Assembly (NCBI RefSeq): GCF_000372725.1
Contig: NW_005201176.1
Location: 186,001 to 220,388 of the forward strand
Reading direction: 5' to 3'
DNA: 34,388 bases
Source: Emiliania huxleyi CCMP1516
Lineage: Eukaryota
Each line of letters starts with the position of its first letter. Within the stretch, counting starts at the first letter, position 1. The notes under the pieces were generated by a model, which saw only the letters and a list, made by a program, of their open reading frames with translations, searched no databases and had not been told where the DNA came from. Positions 11,575-22,492 of this stretch are shown piece by piece. The position numbers and the translations under genes are program-made.

Positions 11575-13213
11575 GGAGGGGGGGGGGGGGCAGCTCTTTG
11601 AGGCAGCTCTCATTGCGCGAACGTGCATGTGCGACCATAGGCGGCCGTAGTACGTGTTTTGGCGGGCGCAGACTCGGTGTTCGTGGGAGGCTGGTGTACA
11701 GGAGGCAGACTCCAGACACACAACACACTGCATACCTCATGTCCTTGTCCGCATGGTCTGGTATACTTCATCTCTTCTACATCTTAAATCCGTCTGCGCA
11801 CTGCGGGTCTCGGCTGGGGGGAGAACACATTGGGCTCTCCCCCCCTTCTCGCCAACCCACTAAATTCCAGCGCAGACTGCAGAGTTCTCTGCGCCTCGAA
11901 GTTCTGTGGGCCCGAGAGCGATATGCCATGTCCGCCTTGCGTTGTTTCATAACATCGAAGGCTAAGCTCAAAGAACAATGTACTCGACACTGCAGAAAAC
12001 GGGGCGCGGACCAGCTGCTTCCCCCATATGGCGCTTGCGCCGCGCAGCGTGGGCGCGGCATCCGTGACGGATGCGGGCCGTTGTCTCGCGGGATCGCTGG
12101 GAGCCGCTCGGCTCTCCACGCGCCGCCGAGCTGCGATGGCGCCAGGACCGCAACGGCTGCCCCTCCTCGGCTCCCGCCCCGGGGCTGCCGAAATAGGCGC
12201 CCAGAGCCACCGTTTGCAACATCCGCGCGGAACGACGGTGGTGCCGACGCCCCCCCGACCGGCAAACACCACCAGAAGGGCGGTGGTGATCGCTCCCGGT
12301 CAGAAATGTCGTCAGAAAATCCTCAATCACGCTTTTCGGCGCGGAGGTGCTGGCAGGATTCCAGGCCCCTCCCCTCAGGCCAGTGGGTCTGGACTTTGCA
12401 TCCAAAGCAGGCGCGATGCCTCGTCGTCCTCATCGTTTGCGGCCACCACTCCTGCCTCAAACGGGCCAAACGACTGTCTCGCCATCACCCATCTCGCCTC
12501 TCGCGGTCGCGTCACGCCTTCCCTCGTGCCGCGAGTAGGCGCGTGAGTGATGGCCCTGCCGCCAGGTACACGGCTACACCTCGGGACGCCGTGATGAGAC
12601 GGATAGAGCCGCCCCGCGGGAGCAAAAGCCGCCTTGCGCGCCTCAGCCCGCCGGGCCCCTCGGCGGCAAGTGTGTTGATACGGCGGTGATACACCCCCCC
12701 GCTGACAGCAGCGCCTCGCGGTGTGGGCTGCGAGGTCACTCGAGGTGGCCCAGGGGGCGGCGGGGGAGCACTCTCCCGCCGGAGCAGCGGGTGATATTCC
12801 CGCTACTCGCTCGAGTTTGAGGTGCGCCGCGCCTCGCGCTGTGCTGCCTTCCCGGCTGCCCCAGCCGCCCTCACCGTCCTCATCCCCTCCCCCACCCCCT
12901 CCCCTTCAGGCTAGGCCCTCGCCACCGCCGCTGCCGCTGTCTCCGCCACAGCCGCCGCCGTTTCCCTCCCCCCCACCCCCTCCGACGCCGTCGCCTCCGC
13001 TGCTCCCGCCACCACCGCCGGCCGCCTCAGCTCTCCCTCGCCCACACCACCACCGCCCTCCGCACGTCCCCGCACGTCGCCTCCGCGCCTCCACGCCCCC
13101 ACGACGACCTCCCGCCCCGCCCTCCCCGCGTCTCAGACCTTTGGCCGTGCTCCGCTCGGGGCGACTCGGCGCCGCCGTCGCGAGCACGCCGCTTAACAGA
13201 GGCAGCACCCACG

Positions 13214-13946
13214 NNNNNNNNNNNNNNNNNNNNNNNNNNNNNNNNNNNNNNNNNNNNNNNNNNNNNNNNNNNNNNNNNNNNNNNNNNNNNNNNNNNNNNN
13301 NNNNNNNNNNNNNNNNNNNNNNNNNNNNNNNNNNNNNNNNNNNNNNNNNNNNNNNNNNNNNNNNNNNNNNNNNNNNNNNNNNNNNNNNNNNNNNNNNNNN
13401 NNNNNNNNNNNNNNNNNNNNNNNNNNNNNNNNNNNNNNNNNNNNNNNNNNNNNNNNNNNNNNNNNNNNNNNNNNNNNNNNNNNNNNNNNNNNNNNNNNNN
13501 NNNNNNNNNNNNNNNNNNNNNNNNNNNNNNNNNNNNNNNNNNNNNNNNNNNNNNNNNNNNNNNNNNNNNNNNNNNNNNNNNNNNNNNNNNNNNNNNNNNN
13601 NNNNNNNNNNNNNNNNNNNNNNNNNNNNNNNNNNNNNNNNNNNNNNNNNNNNNNNNNNNNNNNNNNNNNNNNNNNNNNNNNNNNNNNNNNNNNNNNNNNN
13701 NNNNNNNNNNNNNNNNNNNNNNNNNNNNNNNNNNNNNNNNNNNNNNNNNNNNNNNNNNNNNNNNNNNNNNNNNNNNNNNNNNNNNNNNNNNNNNNNNNNN
13801 NNNNNNNNNNNNNNNNNNNNNNNNNNNNNNNNNNNNNNNNNNNNNNNNNNNNNNNNNNNNNNNNNNNNNNNNNNNNNNNNNNNNNNNNNNNNNNNNNNNN
13901 NNNNNNNNNNNNNNNNNNNNNNNNNNNNNNNNNNNNNNNNNNNNNN
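13214..13946. other. Assembly gap
   Basis: Run of N. Confidence 1.
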
Positions 13947-15541
13947 GCAGCTCGAGCGGGCCGGTGTCGAAGGCCTCGACATCGCCGACCTCGAGGATGG
14001 ACTCGGTGATCTTGAAGATGGCGCCGTGCGGCATGTACGAGCCGTGGTTGTACAGCGAGACCCGCTCGTAGATCTCGTGCATGTCCACGGCCAGCTGCAT
14101 GTTCTCGAGCGCGCGCGCCTCCTTGACCGCCTTGTCCGCGTTGATCGGCACGCGACGCTTCCAAGCGTAGTACCACGCGAAGTAGGCGTCGAAAGCGAGG
14201 GCGGCGCGGATGGCGGTCTCGGCGCGCGAGCCGTACATCTCGCGCAGCAGCTCCAGGTGCGCCGTGTCGGCCTCGCGCTCGACGCGGGAGGGCTGGCGGG
14301 TCAGCTCGGCGTCGGCTGGCTCGGGCGGGGCGGGGGCGGGAGCAGCCGCAGCCGTCTTGGCCTTGCGCGCCTTCTTACCCTTCGTCGCCTTGGGCGCAGC
14401 GGCGGGGGCGGCGGCGGCGGGGGCGGGCGTCGCAGCGGCCGTCTCGCTCCCCGCGTTTACTCCGCGGTCCTGCAGGTCGTCGAGCATGATGACGAGGAAG
14501 GTCGCGATCGCCACCGGCCCGCCCGGCGACTTGCCGTCCCCCGCGATCAACCGGCCCCACGCCTCGCCGGTGAACCACTTCTTCGACCCGTCGCGCCCGG
14601 CGTCCTTGCGCCGCAGGTCGAGGTGGTGGCCAAACTCCGCCAGCTTCTCCTGGACCTGCTGCCGCGCGTCGTCGCTGCAGTTGTTGAGCAGCCCCCACTT
14701 CCAAGGTGTCTTGGGAAGGTTGAGCTTCGCGACGTGCAGATGACAAAGGTGCTTGCGGCGGCGCGCCACGCGGAAGAGCGAGACGGCCGAGGGGCCGCAC
14801 TTGACCATGCGGTGCTCCTTGGCGCGGTCGAGCTGCCACTTCGCGTACTTTGCACGGCCGGCCTTGGACGTGTCCGCCTGAAGGGCCTCGCGCAGCTTGA
14901 CCTCGGCGACGCGCTCGGCGGCGGCAGTCATCGGGTTGGTTGCCCATCTGGCGCCAGTAGCCCGCCGCCAAGGCTCTCCCCTTCTCCGCGTGCGCCTTGA
15001 TGTCGGAGAGGATCATGCGCCGCCAGGTCGCCTCCGTCGCCGGGTCCAGCGCCAACTCGCGCCGGTTCGCGTCCTTCGGCGGATGGAGGTCCCCGTGCTC
15101 CGTCGACAGCGCGAACTGCATGTCCACCGTCAGCGTCGGCCGGCTGTGCCGCGTCTTCGGCTTCTCCCATGTCAGAGTCAGCGCCGTCACCGTCGCCGCC
15201 TGCTGCGCCGCGGGAGAGGAGGGCTTGGTGATCAGCTTCGTCAACCCGCACACCGAAGGCACCAGCGTGAAGAAGGGGCGCGCGAGCTCCGCCGCGTCCG
15301 TCATTGTGTCTGCATTGAACTGGAGCGAGAGCGGCTGGTCGATCGCCTTGAGAGGAGGCGGCAAGTCCTTCAGCACCTCCCGCGGGCAGTCGCGGAAAGT
15401 GAAGCTCGCCGTCTGCCACAGGAACTGGCCGCCCAGGGTCCGCAGGCTCGTCGCCATCCGCAGCCCGATCTCCTGCCGGAACGAGTCCTGGTGCTTGAGG
15501 AAGAAGCCCAGCCGGCTCGCCTCGGCCAAAAGGCGCGCCAC
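13947..15541 (-). mobile_element. Degenerate DDE transposase, C-terminal half resembling RAG1/Transib/Chapaev, split into two frames near 14931 and running into the gap
   Basis: HLCHLHVAKLN, KKWFTGEAWGRLI and SYMPHGAIFKITESILEVGDVEAFDTGPLE occur in the order of the RAG1 motifs IDALHCDIGN, MRMNGNFARKLM and [29 protein letters not shown], with the same H-x13-G-x10-E spacing. The ORF lies just inside a TIR end at 16319. Confidence 0.6.
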
Positions 15542-15725
15542 GTCGGCATCCGACTGGTGGGCTGGTGCCGAAGTGAAGGCGTCTGGGGCTACGAATCCCT
15601 GCGTCCAGGACCTCGGTCCCCGGCTCCGGGGGGCCCTGCTCGATGCTTGCGCGTGCGCGCCCTCCGGCGGCCGCGAGGTCTGCTCCCCTGTGGCAGGGGG
15701 GGGGAGGGTCGGAGGGGCGGCTGGC

Positions 15726-15750
15726 TTTGATAAAGTGACACTTTATCAAA
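15726..15750. promoter_or_regulatory. Perfect 25-bp palindrome upstream of the transposase ORF
   Basis: tttgataaagtg-a-cactttatcaaa, with 12-bp arms and a 1-nt spacer. A regulatory role is only inferred. Confidence 0.45.
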
Positions 15751-16158
15751 CCTCGGCCCAGGATCTAGGAGTCGCGTGTCCCTTTTGCGCGTTTCGCAAT
15801 CTCCACCCACTTCCTCATCGGGCCCGCGCCATCGGCAGGGTGTGCCGCGCCGCGCTACTGTGTGGCAGCTAGCCAAACCTGTCGGCGGCGGATTCGGCGT
15901 CGTCGTGGCCGCCGCCAGCCGGCCCGAGCGGCGGGGCTGGTCCGAGCCGGGCTCCCCCGACGGAGGGACGCTTGGTCTTGTCGGGCGTGAGGCCCGATTT
16001 GCCATTCCGCTCCCGCTTGTCGCGCTCTCCGGCCCCGGACATGCGCCTGAAATCGTTGCCATACAAGCGCGTCCTCGCTCCCGCTTCGCTAAGGCGGGCT
16101 CTCAAGCAAAAACGGCTGTACACCGCCGAATATTTCTCGGATTTATTTTGCATGACCT

Positions 16159-16319
16159 GCCCACATCTAGGCAATGTTTGGGACAAATGTCGACATTGGT
16201 GCTTTTGGAGGGTAAAATCAGCGATCAATATGTCAATATATTGTCAATGTTATAGGGGATGCTGTCAATAATCAATATCAATAGTTACAGGGGCGAGAAT
16301 CAATATTTATCGCCTGCCT
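16159..16319. mobile_element. DNA transposon terminus (TIR plus subterminal region) of the family of the MITE at 29761-30153
   Basis: About 160 bp highly similar to 29992-30153, ending ...tcaatatttatcgcctgcct followed by TA. Confidence 0.85.
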
Positions 16320-16465
16320 TAGACCCCGTGCGCGGTGCGGGGGATCTCGGCACTCGGGGGCCGTCATAGGGGGCCCACAGCGCCCCAAAATCCACCAGTG
16401 CACACAAAGATCGCAAGGAGGAGTATGCGCAGCATCGGGAGGCGGCCTTCCGCGGAATCTGGAAC

Positions 16466-17530
16466 ATGCGAGATGACCTGCGGGAGGCGTGCGTGCGGGA
16501 GACCGCACCGAGGGTCGAGGTAGCAGGCCGGGAGTACCCGATGCTATGGCAGCCGGCGGACTCGCCGGCGGTGCGCTCGCTCGAGCGGCGGCTGGCTGCG
16601 GCGTTCCGCCCCGGCGGGATGGAGCGGGAGGCGGCGGGCCGCACCATCCTCTCCGAGTTCATGCTGCTTTCGCCACGGCTCGGCTCGATCGGGTGGAGCC
16701 AGATACGGGCAGCGGCGACGGAAGCGACGGCCGGCGGCGACGATGAGGAGGCGGGGCGCATGGGGAGGGCCCTCGGCACGGTCCTCACTCGGGCACGAGA
16801 CGAAGCGGAGCGACGCATGGCCGCCCTCAGACAGGCCCGCGACGAGGCGAGGCAGAGCGCCGGCGGCCAGGCGGCGGGCGCGCCCGGATGGGAGGACACG
16901 ACGCTGGAGACGCTGGTGGTGATCTCGGGCGGCCTCCACATGTTCGCCTACAAGGCGCGCAAGTACGACCACGAGAAGCGACGCGGCGAGGGAGCATCGG
17001 CGTTCTGGGGAGCCTTCGTGGCCGCGATGAAGGAGGGCGCGGCGTGGACGCCGCCACAGAGCCTCTCCGAGGCCCAGCAGAAGGCCGGCGCCAGGCTCCA
17101 CGCGATGCCCTGGGTGCTTCAGCAGACGCCGACCGCAGGGATGGCCCGCAGCGCCGGGCACGCCCAGCCAGCTCCCGAGGGGCCGTCGTCGGGGGCCTCG
17201 AGTGAGCAGGCGAAGGCCGAGCAGGAGAGGCTGCGTGCGGTGGCGGAGCAGCGAGCGGAGGAGCGCCGGCGGCGGGAGGAGCGGCGGGCGGCGAACGCTC
17301 AGTGGTGGCGAGCGGTGTGGCGCAAGGCGGAGACCGCGCGCGCTAGGGTTCACCAGATTGCGCGGCTTGTCTCGGGAGGGCGGTGGCGGGCGCGGTACCC
17401 GGAGGTGCTCATCGTCGACCATTCGCCGCTGCTTGTGGAACTGCTCCACAGGCAGCTCGAGGCGCAGCCCCTGAGCGCGCGCTGCTGGGGGAGTCCGCAC
17501 GCCCTAGCGGACGAGGCGAGTGACGAGTAA
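16466..17530 (+). CDS. Hypothetical protein with a charged coiled-coil-like segment, possibly TE-derived
   Basis: 354-aa ATG ORF with plausible composition, followed by AATAAA about 15 nt after the stop. No recognisable motif. Confidence 0.3.
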   Translation: MRDDLREACVRETAPRVEVAGREYPMLWQPADSPAVRSLERRLAAAFRPGGMEREAAGRTILSEFMLLSPRLGSIGWSQIRAAATEATAGGDDEEAGRMGRALGTVLTRARDEAERRMAALRQARDEARQSAGGQAAGAPGWEDTTLETLVVISGGLHMFAYKARKYDHEKRRGEGASAFWGAFVAAMKEGAAWTPPQSLSEAQQKAGARLHAMPWVLQQTPTAGMARSAGHAQPAPEGPSSGASSEQAKAEQERLRAVAEQRAEERRRREERRAANAQWWRAVWRKAETARARVHQIARLVSGGRWRARYPEVLIVDHSPLLVELLHRQLEAQPLSARCWGSPHALADEASDE

Positions 17531-19256
17531 TCGTGCCGTGGCCACAAAGAATAAATAAGAACCGGCCCCCGCGAGCGTGGAATAGGACCGCCGCAAGCGG
17601 CGTGGCGTGGAGCGGTTGAGCGTCCCTCCGGGGGCCCCTCTGCGCCGGGGAGGCGTTGTTGGCGGCTAGGACGCAAGCGTCCGTCGCCGTTTTCAAACTC
17701 GGGGCCCACTCCGCTACGCTCCGACCCGAATTTGCAGGGCCATGAAATTTAAGGTGTTGCTGCGCAAAAGGGGTGGCGCGCGGGCGCGCGCGGCGGCGGG
17801 CGTCGAGCGCGGAGCGGCAAACACAATGACGTCGGAAAGCTCTGCATCAAGTATACAGTAGGCTCTAAGCACGGAACCAGAGTTAGCTGTTAGGGGAGAA
17901 GTGTGGTGCGTAGCCGTCGCCCACCCTCGGGCGTCTACCACTTCCTATCGTTGACTAGCGCTACCTCGCGTTGGCGCACCAGCTTCTACTTCAGCGCGAA
18001 GCTTCGCTGGAAAGAGAAGATGAAGCACGCGCTCACGGCAGATCGTCGCAGGAGGGGGAGCGAGGCACCACTCGGGCCGACGAACAAAGAAAGAAACGTT
18101 CCAACAGAAACGTTCCAACAGCTAGTGCTCAAGACGTCTTTCCGCGACTCCACCCCCAGCAGCTTCATCTCTGACTCCAACATCACCGGTACGATGTTCG
18201 AGGAGCTATCAGTAAATATGCGAGATACCCTTTTCTTTGCGCTTCTTTTTTCCGTTTTTTTCTTTTTGCCAATATTTGAGATACCACATGTTCAAACTCC
18301 GCACTTTAATTCGATCTTTCTCGCCGCGGCTCGTGGGGCTCGGAAGTAGTCAAGCAGGTGGGAGCGGAGTGGGCGGAAGGAGGCCTGGGAGCATTTTGGC
18401 ACATGTACATGTTGTGCATATGTTGTTGTAAACTGTGTTTTTTTGTGGGTCGACCATTATGCCAATGCTGGGGCTTAGGGATGCTCATGCTCTGGGAGCG
18501 GTGGCTTCCGCCCTTAGGTCCAGCATAGACGGGGCGCCCGTCGACCTGCGACTCGGTGTGCGGAGGCGCCGATGGGCCGGGCGGGCCATCCAGAGATGGG
18601 CCCGGGGGGCGGACTTTCGTACGAGGTGACGGGGGAGAAGCTCCCCACCACTTCGCACGAGAGGATCGTGTCGCACATACAGGGGCAGCTGCAAGACCTC
18701 GGGAGGGAGAAGAGCGAAGGGGAAGTGGCATACGCCGCATCAGCGGCGTTCCACTCCGTCCTCTTCACGATCTACCCGAGTTGGCGAGGCACACGCCGGG
18801 CGCGAGTAAGGGCTCCAGACGAGGTACGCCAGAGAGTTGTCGAGAAGGCGGACGAGCTTCGACGGGCGGCGGAGCTGGCCCGTCAAGGGGCCAGCACTTG
18901 TGGGGAGCTCCGGAAGCTGTGCCAACACCAGATCGTCTTTTCACGGTGGTGGATGACATCGAGAAGATGGTACGGTGCGCATACTTGAGCAGGCGGGTCG
19001 CGCCGCAGTTGGCACAGGGGCCCTGGGTGTAGGGTGAGCGCGGCATCTCGACGTCGAACCCGGGTATTTCTCGGGTATACCTGGACTTTTGCAGGTATAC
19101 CCGGGTTTTACCCGGGGTTGCCCCGACTAATGGTAAATCTTACCTCCGTTTGATTGTTTTGGCAAAAGCCTTTTGGTCGGAGAGTGTTTGATTGTTCAGG
19201 GGGGCTATACCAGTCAATCGCAAGCACTGTTTTCCCCTTTAAGCCTAACATATTTT

Positions 19257-20031
19257 GACTAGGTCCAGCCCTGGGTGGCGCAAGATCTGAGGTTTTGTGA
19301 CAATCCTCAGATCCGTGTTTTTCTCGTTGTTTTGTCGCTCGCTCCGCTCGCCACCTCACGCTCCGTAGCCCGGCCATGGCCAGTACCCCGCGTCTCAGTG
19401 AGACGCGTGGTACCATCCAACTCCGGTCGACGGGCTCGAATGCGCTCAGCCTCAGGAGGGACAAAACCGCGCGAATTCTGCACGCCTCGCTGCACCGCTG
19501 GCTTGACTGAATCAGGCAGCAGCAGGCTGCTGCTGCTGCCACAGCAGCAGTCTGCTGCGGCCCTAATACGCAAGTTGATGACTAGCAGCACTGCCGGGGG
19601 CATTCGAGCCGCCACAGCCGGTGTGCTGTGCACTGCCACCTGCCCGCGGCTACGCACAATGTGCGCTCGCATTGGATGAGCCCTGCTGATGGACCTGCAT
19701 CGCCTAGCTGCACAAGAGCAATGCCGCAGGCAGTGGCCGTGGCATACACTGCGAGCACACTTGGTGCAGCTGCGAGGTGCAGCAAGAGCACGTCGTTCCT
19801 GCCTCTGATGCCACTCTCGCGGCTTGCAGCGCGTCACTCGCGCATGCTCTCCAGGAGCTATGGCGGGCGCGTGTGTGGGGCTGTAGCCTGTGTTTGGCCG
19901 GTTCTGACCCGTTTACTATCAGTATCATGTCCGGGCCACAAAAAATCGCACACGGGTAGCGGCTCAGGGGCCCAGTAAGTCGCGGAATCGCCAAATGTCA
20001 CAACCTGCGCCACCCAGGGCTGGACCTAGTC
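19257..20031. mobile_element. Non-autonomous TIR element (~775 bp)
   Basis: Perfect 26-bp inverted repeats gactaggtccagccctgggtggcgca (19257-19282) and its reverse complement (20006-20031), flanked by TTTT on both sides. Alternatively it is a TA duplication inside GACTAGTC. Confidence 0.8.
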
Positions 20032-20724
20032 TTTTACTTTTTTGATTGACGACAGACGAGCTTCAATGCCCAGTTAACCTAAAGAACCCAACCCAGAAAA
20101 TAACCGCAGACATAGGTCACAGCGTGCCTACATTCGTAACACTCCCCGCGGACGTCCAGTGCGCGACGCACGCCGCATACGACATCGCGCAACGGCGGCG
20201 GGAGTACGGCGCGCGGCCACTCTCTCCACAGACAAGCCGTAATTGCACAGACCTGCCGCCGGCGCCTGCCCTCTCCCCTCCGCGCCTCACCACAGCACCA
20301 CTGCGGCCACCACAGGTGGCTATGTCTCCTCGGGACACCCTCCCCCTCTACGCGGCGGCCCCCGGGCGGACGAGGCGCGGCAGCAGAAGCCGCGCCCAAG
20401 CCGCGCCCTCCGCCGACTGGCGGAGGCTGCCCGCCGCCGCAGCTTTGGCGGCCGCGTAGCGAGCCGCGCACCGACGCAGCAGCTCCCCCGCGCCGGAGGA
20501 GCGCCGCACAGCCTCCGCCGCCGCAGGCCATCCGAGCCGCCGGGCCGCCCCCGCCGCCGCCGCCTGCAACGCCGCCCCCCTCGCCTCCATCTGCAGAGCA
20601 GCGGTCGACCAGCCGGCGGCCGCGCGCTTGGCGGCGAAGCTCACCGGCGGTTGGGCGGCGCGAAGAGCGGCGAGCGCGCCGGCGCGCACCATACACCCCG
20701 TCACTGCAGCAGCATCCGCCGCCT

Positions 20725-21747
20725 TCATCGCAACGCCTGCCGCCGCCGCCGCCGCGCCGGCAAGCTTGGTTGCAACGCCTGCCGCCGCCGTCGCGGCGCC
20801 TGCCGCCGCCGCCGCCGCCGCGCCGGCCGCCTTTGCCCCAGCGCTCGCCGCTGCCGCCGCCGCCGAGTGCAGGGCCGGAAGGCGGCGCCGGCCGCCTTTG
20901 CCCCAGCTGCAGCGGCAGCGCCCGCGGTAGCCCGGGCGGCGGCGGCGGCCGCAGCCGCCGCCGCGTGCGCCGCGGCGGCGGGGGTGAGGGGCGAAGCGAT
21001 GAGGAGGGCCCAGAGCAGTCCGGAGGCCGCCGCCGCCGCCGCGGTCGGTAACAAGCGGCGGGGGCGCGGCGGGTCGCTGGAGCGGGCGGAGGGGCGAGCA
21101 GGGCCGGTGTGGGCGGGGTGGGGCGGCGGCGGCGCTGGCGGCGACTTCCGCGGCGGAGGGGAGGAGCGGAGGGGGGGCGGGCGCGGCAAGCTGGCCGACT
21201 CGCGGGGCGGCTTGAGGAGAGACTTCTTCTCCGAGGACTCGGTCGGCTTCTGCGGCTTCTGCGGCCTCTGCGGCTTTTGGCTCGGCTTTTGGCCCGTCGG
21301 AGGGGGCGGGTCGACGGCCTGCGCGGTCAACACGCCAGCCTCGGGGCGGGAGTACGGTCTCGGTGCAGAGTCTTCAGAGTACGAGGGTTGCGACTACGGC
21401 CGAATGCGGCCGAGTACAGCGGAGTGCGTGTCCTCTCGAGCGCTGCTTGGAAGACGAGAATCCGCCTCTCCGGCTTCTGGGGTCGGCGAGCCCATATCTC
21501 CCCATATCTCCCCCATATGTCCCCCAGATCTCCGCTTCTAGGGTCGGCGAGCCCATATCTCCCCATATCTCCCCATATCTCCCCATATCTCCCCCAGATC
21601 TCCGCTTCTAGGGTCGGCGAGCCCATATCTCCCCATATCTCCCCCATATCTCCCCCAGATCTCCGCTTCTAGGGTCGACCACCGACCGCGCCGGCGCGTT
21701 GATGCGCCAGGTCGAGGTCGAGGTCGGCGTGCCCACGAGCCGGCCTG
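20725..21747 (-). CDS. Possible exons of a spliced hypothetical protein (Pro/Lys-rich region followed by a hydrophobic Ala-rich segment)
   Basis: Acceptor-like ...cgcgcag precedes AVDPPPPTGQKPSQKPQ...SGLLWALLIASP, and the region is flanked by intron-type repeats. The exon structure is not resolved. Confidence 0.3.
21474..21676. repeat. Nested tandem repeat: three ~60-70 bp units built from 10-nt CCCCATATCT repeats
   Basis: gggtcggcgagcccatatct(ccccatatct)n-cccccagatctccgcttcta occurs three times. Confidence 0.92.
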
Positions 21748-21821
21748 TTCACAGCAGTAGGTGTGAAGAGACGCTGTTCACAGGGGGTGGAGGTCGGCGT
21801 GCCCACGAGCCGGCCTGCGCC

Positions 21822-21928
21822 GGCGGTGGGGCGGTGGGGCGGTGGGGCGGTGGGGCGGTGGGGCGGTGGGGCGGTGGGGCGGTGGGGCGGTGGGGCGGTG
21901 GGGCGGTGGGGCGGTGGGGCGGTGGGGC
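21822..21928. repeat. (GGTGGGGC)n 8-mer tandem array, about 13 units, able to form a G-quadruplex
   Basis: Read directly from the sequence. Confidence 0.95.
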
Positions 21929-22245
21929 GAGGCAAGAGTCCGAGGGGCGAACACGGAGCTGGTGGCGCGCGACAAACGGCTCTTCGTGCGGGTCCGCTCC
22001 CGGGCACGGCCGAGATAGCCCGAGATTGCAGAGTCGTCTCGCGGCGGGCGGCGAGGCGTGGGGCAGGAGGCGTGTGCACGAGTCGGGTGGTGGGTGGTGG
22101 AGGAGGGGGGAGGAAGGTGGAGGAGGGGGGAGGAAGGTGGAGGAGGGGGGAGGCAGGCGGAGGACGGTGTGTGTGTGTGTGTGTATGTGTGTGTGTGTGT
22201 GTGAGTGTGCGTGTGTGTGCGATGTGTGTGTGTGGAAGGTTCTCG

Positions 22246-22279
22246 AGGTTCTCGAGGTGGATATCCTTTGGCCGCGTTG
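22246..22279 (-). repeat. Inverted copy of the 34-bp sequence at 8605-8638
   Basis: aggttctcgaggtggatatcctttggccgcgttg. Confidence 0.9.
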
Positions 22280-22492
22280 GGTAGCGAGGATTGGTGTAAC
22301 CCGAGTGTGTGGAAGGCAACCGATGCGTGTCGACTGGTGTGTGAGATTCTTGGTGTGTGTCGTCGTGGTTTCCTATAAGAATACTCACTCACTCACTCCG
22401 GGTTGTCGAAGAGCATCGCTACTCGAGAGAGAGAGAGATTTTTAGCAATACCAAACAACTCTAACACTCACACGTCATTTGGGGCCTGGAGC

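Noticed and set aside
12721..15000. Very long ORFs spanning the N gap
   Set aside because: They are artefacts of reading through Ns. The Pro-rich part before the gap is low complexity.
17903..18230. GVYHFLSLTSATSRWRTSFYFSAK as a possible Copia integrase remnant
   Set aside because: The resemblance is faint, the catalytic Asp is missing, and no LTR or other pol motif is visible.
18572..18988. 138-aa ORF with protein-like composition
   Set aside because: No recognisable domain, and the frame appears broken. It cannot be supported as a gene.
21474..21676. CRISPR-like array
   Set aside because: The context is eukaryotic, the spacers are not unique, and no cas genes are present.
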